Shown here piece by piece: positions 35,150 to 47,460 of a DNA stretch of 64,000 nucleotides. Origin of the DNA: Camelus ferus (taxonomy: Eukaryota); assembly GCF_009834535.1 (NCBI RefSeq), contig NC_045698.1, forward strand, positions 6,822,001-6,886,000. The letters are read 5' to 3'. Both the position numbers and the translations under genes were made by a program. Positions within the stretch are counted from its first letter, which is position 1. Each line of letters opens with the position of its first letter. The notes below the pieces were generated by a model. It did not search any database. It was given only the letters and a program-made list of their open reading frames with translations, and had not been told where the DNA came from.

Positions 35150-35510
35150 ATATATATGAATGAATTAGCTCACATCCTTGGGGCCACTGACAGATTTGAC
35201 ATTTTTAAGGCAGGCCAGCAGGCTGGGAACTCAGACAGAAACTGGTATTGTAGCATTGAGGCAAAATTTCTTCTTCCTAGGGAACCCTCAGGGTTATGTT
35301 TTGTTTTTTCCTTTCAAAACTTTCAACGGACGGGACGAGGCCCACCCACATTACTGAAGACGATCGCCGTCACTCACCGTCAGCTGACTGTAGATGTGAA
35401 CCACATCAAACAGACACAAAGCCCTTCAGAGCAGTACTGAGATTATTGTTTGATTAAATAGCTGGATACTGTAGCCTAGCCAAGTTGACCCGTAAAAATA
35501 AGCATCACAG
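35150..35510 (-). mobile_element. ERVL LTR (MLT2C/D-like)
   Basis: GAATTAGCTCACA...GGCAGGCCAGCAGGCTGGGAACTCAG...GTAGCCTAGCCAAGTTGACCCGTAAAAATAAGCATCACA. Confidence 0.8.
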
Positions 35511-35561
35511 CTCAAAATAATTGTGTGATAGAAACCATCAGACATCACTAATAGTACAACT

Positions 35562-35785
35562 CAGGGATCAGCAGACTACGTCAGCGGGCCCACTCCTGCC
35601 CCCTGCCTGTTGCTGTGAATAGCATTTTTTTGGAAGACAGCCACCCCCACTCATATGGGCATCATCAAGGGCTGCTTCTGTGTGACAACTGCAGAGTTGA
35701 CTATTTGTGACAGAGACCAAATGGCCTGCGAAGCAAAAATATTTACTACCTGACCCTTTACAGAAGAAGCTGGGGGAGCTACTCA
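35562..35785 (+). mobile_element. MER58A-like hAT-Charlie DNA transposon
   Basis: CAGGGATCAGCAGACTAC...GCAGAGTTGACTATTTGTGACAGAGACC...AAAATATTTACTACCTGACCCTTTACAGAA. Confidence 0.85.
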
Positions 35786-37207
35786 AGCAGGAGAGCTGCG
35801 ATTGCTCAGCGAAAATGTTCAGGATTCAAATAGTCAGTAGGTCGGAACCCAGGGAAGATCTGGGGAGATTTTAAACAAAGAGTCAACCATAACATTGGGA
35901 AAGAAACCCGAAGCATCTGCATTTGGCTTCAAAGCAGCTCACAGTCTGGCACTGCGCCGCTGTCCCTGCAGTGCTCAAAAATGGAAGCCTGGGGCCTCTG
36001 GACGGAAGGCTGACCCGTAAGAAGTCTCACACAGGACGTAGCACCCAGAATGCAAACCCTGGTCAACTCGCTTGGTTTTCTCAAGTAACAACTGGCTCAG
36101 GTTTTCACCTAATTTTTAAGCAGCTTATCATCACCTAGAAAAGATGGGGAAATAACCTTCAAAAACCTGTATGCTTTTTTTCTGATAAGAACATATTATG
36201 ACATTTAAAATTTTAATGAAGTGGTTTTCCCACATAATTATTCCTCAGTTTTGTCTACCACTTGATATCTTAAAATATTTTGTCTTATCAGTGGAAACTC
36301 CCTCTTCCCCCACACCACCATTTCTTTTTTTGGAATAAACTTTGCTGAAACAAACTAACTCTGATCTCTCAATTTGTCACCCTGTATCTGAACCAAAATC
36401 ATGTTTGTTGAGAACCTCCTTTAAGTACCAAATGAAAGGAAAATTTATAGTTTTTTTTTTAATTGCGAAGGTATTATATAGACACGTGAGAAAATGAAAT
36501 TAATTTTTACAAAAGACAAAACTATCCTGAAATGCTTGATCCAGTAAAATTAACTCTGATACTTTATCTCCATGTGTTCTAGCTACCCTTAGTATTTACC
36601 TAGTGCTCTGGGATGTGTTTGGCGTATAAAATCCTGTAATCCCTAGAGAAATCCCGGGAGATGCATACATTTTTATCTTGGGTTTATAGATGAGAAACCA
36701 AGCCGGGCTCGAAGCCAGGCCCACCTCCTCCACAGTGTGAAGCATTGTCCCTAACTGAGCAGAAGCTGCTATTCCAAAATCATCAATTATATGATGGTAT
36801 CCCTCTTGACTGAATTGAATAGCATTTGTTTTTCTTTAGGAATGTAATTTTAAAGACTGTATGATTTCATTGAAGAACCCACACCGTTACCTCACATAAC
36901 GGAAGTATGGTTGTCATTATGCTCTATACGTAGAGCTGGAAGCAACCTCTTTCCCTCCAGTATTCATTCCACGTTCTCTGACAGGGACAGAAACACAGGA
37001 ACTCAGCATCTGAGCATCCGTTTTCTTTATCACCTTTGCCAAGGCTCCATTTGTCCAGTTTGCAGACCTTATACTTGCTTCCTTATACTGAAAATGCCTC
37101 ACAAATCCTCTGGTGGTGTTTGCATTTTAACTAGTTTTGCCTTATTCTCAGTGCACAGTTTCATATTAAAGCACAGCTGAACGTTCCACTGCTGGTCCCA
37201 GCACGCG

Positions 37208-37748
37208 GTGTTTGTCTTTGTCTTTGCCTTACTTCATTTATTATGACCATCTCTAGGTCCATCCATGTTGCTGCAAATGGCATTATTTCATTATTTTTTA
37301 TAGCTGAGTAATATTCCATTGTGTACATATACCACATCTTCTTTATCCAGTCATCTGTCGAATGGACATTTAGGTTGTTCCCATGTCTTGGTTATTGTAA
37401 ATAGTGCTGCTGTGAACATTGGGGTGCATGCATCTTCATGTTAGCGTTTTCATCTTTTTTGGATACATACCCAGGGGTTGGATTGCTAAATCATATGGCA
37501 ACCTGTTTTTAGTTTTTGAAGGAACCTCCGTACTGTTCTCCATAGTTGCTGCACTAATTTACATTCCCACCAACAGTGTAGGAGTGTTCCCTTTTCACCA
37601 TGTCCTCTCCAGCATTTATTATTTATAGACTTTTCAGATGATGGCTGTTCTGATCAGTGTGAGGTGGTACCTCACTGTAGTTTTGAATTGCATTTCTCTC
37701 ATAATTAGCGATGTTGAACATCTCTTCATGTACCTGTTGACCATTTAT
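37208..37748 (-). mobile_element. LINE-1 ORF2-end/3' UTR fragment (cetartiodactyl-type)
   Basis: TCTAGGTCCATCCATGTTGCTGCAAATGGCATTATTTC...GTGTGAGGTGGTACCTCACTGTAGTTTTGAATTGCATTTCTCT; colinear with 24.5-24.8 kb. Confidence 0.92.
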
Positions 37749-37759
37749 TTGGAGAGAAC

Positions 37760-38122
37760 CCAACCTTCTTGAAATGACTTGCCAGTAGTGTCCCTGGCTG
37801 GGGAACCAGCAGAAAGACACAGTTGCCTGTGTCAATACTCCCACCCATCCCCTCCATGCTCACCATGTCCCTGAACACTGGTTCAGCATCACCCTCAGTT
37901 CTCTTGTGGAATAACTTTAAGGTGTACCCTCTAAATCATCTCCCAGACCTCCCCAGCGGGCTTGTACCCCACTTGGCCACAGTAGTGACTTGCTTGGGGA
38001 TGCACCCTTTCTCCCTTTTGTGTCTAGCAAAACCCACTCCCTACGTGGCCTTTCTTGGGATGGTTCACAAAGTACTCACGTTGAAACCCTTGTCTCAGGA
38101 TCTTACAGGGAATCCAAACAAC
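37760..38122 (+). mobile_element. ERVL LTR (LTR16-like)
   Basis: CCAGACCTCCCCAGCGGG...AAACCCTTGTCTCAGGATCTTACAGGGAATCCAAAC, LTR16-like 3' end. Confidence 0.65.
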
Positions 38123-38644
38123 GTCAGCATGATCCATAACTAACCCCAGCTCCCCTCCCTCTGAGTACACTTCCTTTTGAACAGTCTCTTATTTGAGTCC
38201 TGAGTTCTGCCCCATCAAGTCTTACAGACTCCCAAGAAGGCCTGGATGGAAGAGGAAATCTCTCTGATGTATCACAGGCAAGATCGCAGAGAGGGAACGG
38301 CCCTGCCCTCCTCATTCCCTGTCAAGTCTTCCCTACACTCTGCTCACTACTAGGCCTTTCCTTCAACTCTTCCCATTCATATATTTTGAGACCTTCATTG
38401 ATTTCAGCAACTATACTCTGTTTTTTACATTGTTCTAGAATCTTGACTGGGTCATGCCAATGGGCAGACGGTTGAGCCAGAGATGCTACTATCCCTAAGG
38501 ATCCTAAGGGTAAGCAATGGTGCTGGTCTTCTTTCTTCTCCATTGTATGCTAAGGACCCACGATCTACCTCCTGCCGGGATGCAGACTCTTCTTTCCCCA
38601 TGAACAAAGGGGATGTTGACTCACATGATGAGCCAATGTAGCTG

Positions 38645-38850
38645 TGAGGGGTTCTAGAATCAGGCCAACTTGGCTCTATCACTATCTGAGTGACCTTGGG
38701 CAAGTTATTTAACTTCCCTTGGCCTCACTTTTCTCATCTGGAAATTGGGAACAGTAGTGATAACTATGCCATTAAGTTTTCATGAGATTGGGTAAAATAA
38801 TACATGGCAAGCATTTTGACAGCACTGGCTCATCAAAGGCTTCTGACAGA
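38645..38850 (+). mobile_element. MIR SINE
   Basis: GAGTGACCTTGGGCAAGTTATTTAACTTCCCTTGGCCTCACTTTTCTCATCTGGAAATTGGG. Confidence 0.85.
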
Positions 38851-39448
38851 TGTCACTTATGGCTGGTGCCCTGTCTTCGCCTGGGCAGATCCAGCTTCTG
38901 GGAGTGTAGGTGAGGGCAGAAGAGGGATCTGGCCTCCAGCCCACCAAAACGGCACAAGGAGAGGGAGGCACTGCTATTTCTTTTCCTGGCTCCTTCCAGA
39001 TGGCAGTGTGGACAAGCTGACCAGGAAGGGCATGAGGACAGGCATCCGAATGATTTGTTATTCACACTGACTTAACTGGAGGAAGTTAGAGGTATCCTAA
39101 AACGCTGAGGCACTGAGGCTCAATTAACCTTCCTATGCATAAGTCAAGTTCCTTCCCTTCATGACCATTCTTTATAAGCTCAAGTCTCCATAACCCTTCC
39201 CAGACCTTCCCGGAGGTGGAGCTGACTCTCAGCAGTGGGGCTGCCCCTAATTACGGAGCCCTTCACTTGTGTGTGCGTTTTGTCCTCATGTGATGCTATT
39301 TCCATCAGAGGGGTCTGCATGCCCAGGACCACCCAGAGGACATGCATAGGGCTGTCTTCTTCCAGATCTTCCCACCTGGTTGGAGACCCAGTCACTCCAG
39401 CTGCCCCCATGCAGTCGTTGAAGGAATGTAAATCATTTCACTATTCTG

Positions 39449-39505
39449 CCTTCTCTTTTCTCTCTCTCTCTCTCTCTCTCTCCCTCTCTCTGTTTCTCTC
39501 CCTCC
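39449..39505. repeat. (CT)n microsatellite
   Basis: directly visible. Confidence 0.9.
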
Positions 39506-42154
39506 TGCAAGATTTGCTTTTTTCTGACTGAGTAGTACATTTTTTTTTTTACTTCCTAGGAAATTGCTACCTTTTCAGGAGTTATTACCACCCCATTCTC
39601 AGAGCTTCTAAGCCCATGGGTGAGACATGATCCAACTAAAGCTAAGCTGGAGCCTCTGCTGAAAATGAGAAGCCAGTCTCTATGTGTGCTGGGCTGAGGA
39701 ACTGGTAGCTGCCCTGATTCCTGACAAATGAACCAGAGAAGTGAATAAAACAGATGGGGAGCAAAGATGTCAGAGAAAAGGGTGTCTCCTAGGGTTCAAG
39801 TCCCTGGCTCTAAGCTTTCCTGAGGCCAAAGTACATTCCTTACTTTGAGTCCCAAAATGCAACCCAGTGTTACTCTAACAGTGCCACCTCTGTTTAGTCT
39901 AAGTTAAGGATGGTTTCCGTCACTAGCCAATCCAACAATAATTGTTGTGTTATTTAAACTTACCCAATTTCTGTTTTTTCAGGGTAATAATAGATGACGA
40001 ACATGCTGGCTGATGAGTTAATTCATGTAGTGAAAAGAAAGAACGGTTACCGCACTCTTTTGTGACACCAACTTTGCCTTGAAATCTGATGTTTAGTGTC
40101 TCTACTCGAAGTAATGACTAATAAACCAAACTCCAGCAGCAGGAGGCCCTGCAGAGAACCAGCCTAGTGCAGATGGATCTTCAAACAACCGTCAAATATT
40201 CCACCGGGTATCTCTCTCCCTGTGCACGCATATGCTAAAGCTTGAGTTTAATTTTTCCCTTCACACTATAGAGATAAGCTCTGCCAGTAATTCCCATGTC
40301 AAGCTGCTAGAAAACCAATCTAACAGTCATCATATTTTTCTGACTGTTCTAACAGAGTTTGAAAAAACCCACATTTCCTTCAATGCTTGCCTAGTTCTAG
40401 AAAAAGCTAACTGGAAACTAGGAATAGAAAAGACTGCTTTTACCTTCCTCGGTCATGGAATCGAGTCACTTTGCTTTTCTGCTCTTCTTTTCCCAAGGCA
40501 GTAGTTAGTATTCCCTTGTCTGCAGAGCAACAAGCCCCCTCCCTCCCAGTGAGTTCAAATCCAGTTGTCTTTCCCCTTTGGCACCTTTCCTGGTGAGATA
40601 GATGTTCTCCTGGTGCATAGTGAGGGTTCTGGTTCCTCTGGTCCAGTCACCTCCAGCCTTCGTCTGCTCCTGGAGGTTGGATGGGTCAACCATGCCCAGG
40701 AGGGGAGGGGGCCTTGCCTCACCTGCCACAGGAGGGACTATTAATTGAGCAGTAGGAAACCCAAACTAGATTCCAGATTCACTCACTTGAAAATGGAACT
40801 AGGATTAAAAAATAACAGTATTTTTGAGGTAGTTGCATTTGTAATGTGAGCCATTTAAGTCCATACTAGCATCCAAAAAAAATGCTAGAATTGACTCTGC
40901 CATCTTTGGTGACACCCAGCCTTGTTACATCTCAGCTGCATAGTCTGTAAAAGGCAAGTGTGGCTCCCAACAGTTCCTTAGAGTTATGGTGAAAGTTATT
41001 CATGCAAAAACTATATTTTAGAGATTCAAGCATAGAGGTCTTTTAATGCTTAAAATCTCTTTCTAATGCCCTTCTCATTCTCCTTTCAAGGACTAGTAGC
41101 CAAAGCATTCCTAATTCCAAATACATGAGTACTACTTGAATTTAGGGATTTTTAAGATATCACTAAATCAGGATGAATCTTGTAACCAAAGCCTTGTCAT
41201 GTTTAACTAGCAACATTTCTTTCTTAGAAGAACATAAAATAATGGTGCATTTTATAACCAGTGGCATTTTAGATTCTATGAAATACAGCAACTAAATGAG
41301 TCCTTCCAGAATTCAAGGTCTTTTTTTAAAGCAGGTTAACTTTGTTATTGGATTTAATTCATATCTCAGTAGCTGTTCTCACAATTTGCAGACATTGTGC
41401 CTTGCAGACCTCCTCATGAAGTTGGGAGGGACTGGACATCTGGCCCCATGTTCCTCACGGGTGTCCCTTGGTGATAGAATTTAACCCCAAAAGACTCCAT
41501 TGTTGAATAAGTTTGGGAAATGTTGTGTCATATTTTCTCAGACTCTTTGATATGCTAATATAAATTATGGATGTTCTAGTGTTCAGGATTTTCCTCACTT
41601 ATATGACCACTAACCCTTTCCCTTGGACTGATTTGTAGGTGGATAAAAAATGCTGAAAAGATGAGGCCCCAAAAGACTATACAATTTGCCCCCAAAGACC
41701 CAGCTAATAAGTAACAAGGCAGGAAGACAGTCTGTGTCTTCTGATTCTGGTCCCAGTGCCGCCACCACCCAGCACTATCCCACACATCATTTTCCTATAA
41801 AACTAGTAAGAGGCCGTGATACAGTTATTGCCTGCCTAGCGCACGTCCCAAAGAATTTCATAGCCAGCCAGGTAATGGAATCTAGTTAAAGATAAATTTA
41901 CACTGGAGATCAACAGCCACTTCAGTTGTGGAATTTTTTAGTGCACTGTGACGTCCATTGGAATTTGTCACCCAGTTGCCTTCCAAGACCCAAGAGCAGC
42001 TTTTGGCGTGCCATTTTGAAGCAGGTAAAGGTTAAGAGACAGAAGCTATGAGACAATCAAAGACCTTCCATTACTACAGGTCCCTATGCCTCAAACCTGA
42101 CAAAACTTTTGATCAGGTGTCACCCACCAGCAGGTCTACTGCACTAGCTTTTAC

Positions 42155-42413
42155 ACTCCTTCACTTCTTCTTCTTTTTTTTTAATTTTTTGCTTGTGCAC
42201 TTCAGTTTCTTTATAACTTATATATATAAAATAGATAAACAACAAAGTTCATACTGTACAGCACAGGGAACTATATTCAATATCTTGTAGTAACTTATGG
42301 TGAAAAAGAATATGAAAACAAATATATGTATGTTCATGTATGACTGAAGCATTGTTCTGTACGCCAGAAACTGACACAACATCGTAAACTGAATATACTT
42401 CGACTCCACTTCT
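42155..42413 (-). mobile_element. camelid-type L1 insertion: inverted L1 3' UTR plus a short non-L1 poly(A)-tailed segment
   Basis: poly-T at 42174-42190, ~27 nt of non-L1-looking sequence, then a plus-oriented L1 3' UTR (42216-42401) lacking its own poly(A); flanks ACTCC[TTC]ACTTCT / ACTCCACTTCT. Confidence 0.7.
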
Positions 42414-45400
42414 GATAATGAAAATATCCTTATTACGCTGCACTGCACCATCATCATTTGCATTTGTATTGTTTTCACTCAAAAGCTCCTAAGCTATTTA
42501 GATAAGCACCATTAAACAAAAATCTGGATAATTAGTCCTTTTGATGCATCCTGGTGGCAGCAGAGAAACTCAAAAGATGTATATTAACAATACAATCCAT
42601 TTCAGGTGGGACTTATTATAAAAAGGGCTTAGCCCCAAAGCAACCTCTCATTAAATCCTGAACAGGAATTCGGTATTTCTCTCTTCCCATGCCAGTCTTC
42701 ATCCGCCAGCCCCTGCCACTTGGGTAGGATCGCTGTATCTTTCCCTCCACTAAGCTGCCACAAATCACAGCTAATGTGGTGTCCCAGCGGGTGGCCAGAA
42801 CACAATCACACACTCCTCCAGCATCACAGACTCACAGAGCTCTACATTCAGAAGGGACTCTCAGACATCCTCTACTTGCTCCTCTCATTTGATCCATCGG
42901 AGACAGAGACCTAAGTCAATTAAGAGATTCCTCAGATGCAACCCACCCCTCCCATCTCTTGCCCCAGTGAATTTTCCCACCCACAACATCCCCAAGTGCC
43001 CACTGAAGCCAGTGCCTGGAAGCCACCAAGAGATTCCAGCTGTTCTAATTGACCGATCTATGGCAAAACACCCGAACTTTCCCCTTAATGACAAATGTTA
43101 TTAATGTTGAATGTTGACATGAAATGCATTAAAATAAGGACATTTGTGGGATCTTAGAAAATTACCAAAAGAAAGACTTAACATGAAGAGAAGAGTGATT
43201 TTATTTCGTGTACGTTAGAAAACAACTGTGCATTGTTTGGCATCTATGGCAGACGGGAGACGTGTGGTCTCGTCTGTTCTTAGCCAGCTCTAAGATACCC
43301 AGCGAATGCCGGACCTGTTGGGGTCTCAGTCCCACATCTGGAAAATGGGCTGAACCTCTCAGCACCTGACCTGAACACAGTAGAGGAAGGAGGGAAGTGA
43401 GCCAACTGACACTTGAAAGCACCTTATGGCTCCAGGAGCCCCTCTTCTGTTCAGATGCCTTTCCTCCTTTAAGTGGGGTTTGCTCTACAGTGTAAATGTC
43501 ACCGTTAATGAGGCTTTCTCGCCTGCATCATGTGACGTACAACAGCACAAAGAAGATTCTAAATAAAAGATTGCCTGTTAATCTCCCAATGCTTTGTTAA
43601 CACGTGATCTCCAATGAGGAGACAAAGGAAGAGAGCACGTGCCTGCCTCCTTCACCTGCTGAGAATTGCACCCCTGAACACGTTAGCCAGGTGCCAGGTG
43701 CCATGGAAATAAACTTCTCCCTGCACACCTACTCCCGGAGCATCGTGCAAAACACACGCTGTGGCTCCTTAGCAAAACAACTGTTCTCGCCTCCAAATAT
43801 TTATACACTTAATCTGTTCCTCTAACGTAACTTTTTCTACATGCAAATAGATAAAAACCCACGCTCAGAGGGGCAAATATTTCAGATGGTCAAAATATCT
43901 TTGAATTTGACCCTAACGTCCTAGTTTTTGTCACTTCCACAGCTAAGGTCTGTGGAAAACAATGCAAGATTTAGTATTGATTTTCTTAACAAAAGAAAAT
44001 ACTTGGGTTGGCGCTTTTTTTTTTTCCCATCGACGGGCTTTATTTTAACTCAAATTCCTGCTGTCACCTTGTACCACATTAATAACCTCACGTGGCAAGA
44101 AGATTTATAATGGAAAGCACCATCAGTTTGGTGAGGCTTGCCTGAATCTAATTCAGCGTCATTCATAGGAGAGGCTGAAAATCTTTACCTGCCTGAAGCC
44201 CTAAATGGTAGGGGAGGAGAAAACCCCAAAGTTAAAAGAAAGATGCATGTCTAGATTAGACCTGAAAAGGGGAAGTTGGTGACAGAGTCAGAGAGGAGGG
44301 TGGTAATTCAACTTCGAGGCGTGACTGGGTGCCATGATTAGCATAAACAAGATCCTGTCGGGAACCAATCAGAAGGGAAAACTCGAATTTGCTGACACGT
44401 GAAAAGCAGTAAGTGATGCAGAAAAATGCCTGTGGCTTATTTCTTTTCCATTTTCTCCAACCAGACAACTCACGAAACTGTACTCGCAAAAATTTCCAGA
44501 TTAACTTCACCAACTATGTTGTTTATCTTCACTGTTAATTAGTGCCAGAAGCAACTCCCTTTTTCTCATCTCTCTCCCAGGACTCCCCTCTGGATGCTAA
44601 TGAAGTCGAGAGATTTCTAAGTTTCATAGTCTCAGCTGAGCCGTGATATTATTTTCTGCTGGCAATATGGAAAAAAATAAATTAACTTGGAGGAGTTCTT
44701 GATGGAAACAGTTTACAACCAAACACCCCACTGTTGACATAATCTTCGTAACTGTCACTTCACTCTCTCTCTGCCAACTGCATAATTAGTGTCATTACCA
44801 GTAAGTCATGGAAATATGAGTGTGGATTGCACAACACAAAATTGCATAAATATGAATATTTTATGGAACCTAAGCAGTGTTACAAATTGTACATGGCACT
44901 TGTTTCAACAGGATCTTAAGATCTCTCACCCAGACTAAGTTAGCCCTCTCATGATAGAACTGTAGAAAGATGTTTCTGGGGCGGTATTACTGAAGGCAAG
45001 TGATGAGGAGAAGAGGGGAAAATGTTCTGTTTGGAACTGATTTTAAAATATACAAATTTGTTAGCACATTTTTATATTTAGGACATGTAATATCACTTTT
45101 ATATTCTCCTAAATGGAATATAATTTCCAAAAAAAATTTTAAATGACTGAGTTTAAGCCAAATGTATCTAATTTGGTACCACCTACTATTCTGGATCATT
45201 CATGTTTGAATACTTTCGCAAAAATGTTAACCAGACCACTGACCACTCTGCCCCTAAACTGCCTGTGGTTCCTCCGCCGCGGGTGCCCTTCTTCCTTTCC
45301 GCTCTGCTCAAGTCATACTCTTTCTCCCTTCCTTACTTAGCAAGTCTAGATCCTTGAAAGCACATCCTTTGACATGTCTTAGATTCTGTAGGTGATGACA

Positions 45401-46189
45401 ACCAAACTTTTTGTTTGTGTTAATTACACCTTTGAAATTTCCATTCTTCTGCCAACTCTCTCCTTCTCAATGTCCAATACTGGGCTCACTGGTCATAGGC
45501 ACATCCTAAAAATATAACAGAAATTATTAAATTAAATGGCATGCTCTTTAGTTTCTATAGAAAATAAGATAGGAAGGGCGAAAGAGTAGAGGAAGTCTGA
45601 ATACTCTTTTCAGCAGGGTGAGATCACAACCCTGGGAACCAAAAACATTCATACACAAAAAAAGCAGCATATGAAGTTGCTAAAGGGGGTTGGGAAATAC
45701 CTTTCAGGTCAAGGTTATTTATTGCAAGCATGAGTGTGTATTACGGAGCCACAGAGTCTCACATGATATCACAGGACTATCATCTCCGTGAGGAAAGGAA
45801 GCTTTGTCTGGTTGTACGTAGCTCTGGTGGGCAGAAGACTGGCCCCCAAAGATGTCCACAACGTAATCCTTGGAAACTGTGACTGTGTTGGCAAAAACAC
45901 AAAACACTAAACACAATTTTTACTTCCAATCTCAAAGTTCAGGAAGTGTTTATCATGTTTAAATTCTCCACTTTGACTCAGTTATTATGCCTTTTGAATA
46001 TTTGTACAATGTAATGGTGCAAGTTTCAGGAAACCTTTGAATTTTGCAACTGTGCTAGACAAAGGATAAACCCACTTGTTCAAAGTTCAAAATATATAGA
46101 TTTTTGTTCAAGATTTGAGACTGGAGTGATAGAAGGTTGAAACTTCATCTTGCAAGGAACTTTTTAAGGTTTAAAGTGCCACCAAGCAA

Positions 46190-47460
46190 CTGACATGGTA
46201 ACATTTGTGCTTGTGGAAACTCATTCTACGAGTACACAGAAAGTGTACACAGAAGGAATTGGTTGAAAAAGTCTGTGGGCTGACCAGATAGGAAGTCTTG
46301 CATTAACTGTAGCAAGAGATGTAATGGCCTGGCCTTGGATCGTGGCAGTGGGAGTGGAGGGAAAAGGATGAACTCTAGGAAAGTTTATGAGGTAATAGTT
46401 ATAGAAGTTGGTGACTGGAGGAGAGAGAGAAAGAATTCAGAGGGGATTTCAAGTTTTGAGTTTGGATAACAACGTGGATGATAACCATTTAGTGGGTGCA
46501 GAGCATGAGATATTATGGTTGAGTATGAGATATATTATACTTGGGTATAATATAATGAGTCCTGATCTTGACATGCTGTGTTTGTAAAGGGGGAGAGGAT
46601 AGTAAGTGACTGGGAGATAATAATAAGTAATTGGATATATCAGTCTCCAGCTCAAGGGAGAGATTTTGTTGGAAATGTATATTTGAGAGTCATCAATACA
46701 TGAATGCAGATGGAGGCCATCGGGTATGGCAACATCCAAGATAAATGTTAGATCAGAATTTGAGGGAAAGCTCTGGGGAACCCTACACTTAAGGGGCAGA
46801 ATAAAAGAGGAAAGCACACAGGAGACTAAGTGCATAGCCACAGAAAAAGAAAGCCAAGAGAATTCAGTGTTGTGAGAGTTAACAGATGATTTCAAGATTG
46901 TGGATGTCATCCAAGGTGCCATATACTGCTGAGAGAAGGAGCAAGATGGAGGAGTGAGCACGGGGTTTTACAAGATGGACCCGTTTGGAACCTGAATGAG
47001 AATATTTTTAGTGGAAAAGTGGAGACAGAGATCAGCCTGAAAGGTGTTAAGAGGGGGTGAGTGAAAGGTGAGGAAGAAGGAAAAAAGTCAAGAAGCTTGA
47101 CTTAAAAAAAGAGAAGGAGGAAATCAAATGATAGGGAATTGTAAGAAAAAAAAAATTTTAAGAGAGAAATGCTGATCTAAAGAGGGCAGTAGAGAAGATG
47201 AAAAGTTAATAATTTAGGTTGACAAGAAGGTAATTATTATCATGAGGTTCTTAAGGAGCTGGGATGGATCCAGAACAGAGGGAAAATGATATGCTATGGA
47301 CGGTGGTCCAAGACATGTCTCCTACCCCAGTGAGAGGAAATGAGGAAAGGATGGATATAGAAGGTTACAGGTGAGCTTTCAGGTCTGATGGAGGAAATCT
47401 GATAACGTTGCCACATGTTGGCTTTTTATTCTTTTGTTAAGTAAGAGATGAAGTTATCCA
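46190..47460 (-). mobile_element. LINE-2 fragment
   Basis: purine-rich L2 blocks (CAAGAGATGTAATGGCCTGG...GTGGCAGTGGGAGTGGAG; GTCTCCAGCTCAAGGGGAGAG...ATTTGAGAGTCATCA; CAAGGTGCCATATACTGCTGAGAG). Confidence 0.8.

Noticed and set aside
40005..40095. CTGATGA…GAAA…CTGA suggesting a hammerhead or C/D-box snoRNA
   Set aside because: Stem II is mostly G-U pairs, the C box lacks the leading purine, the terminal stem is weak and no rRNA guide is recognisable.
46449..46961. 170-aa ORF on the minus strand
   Set aside because: Lies entirely in a decayed LINE-2; no recognisable intact domain.
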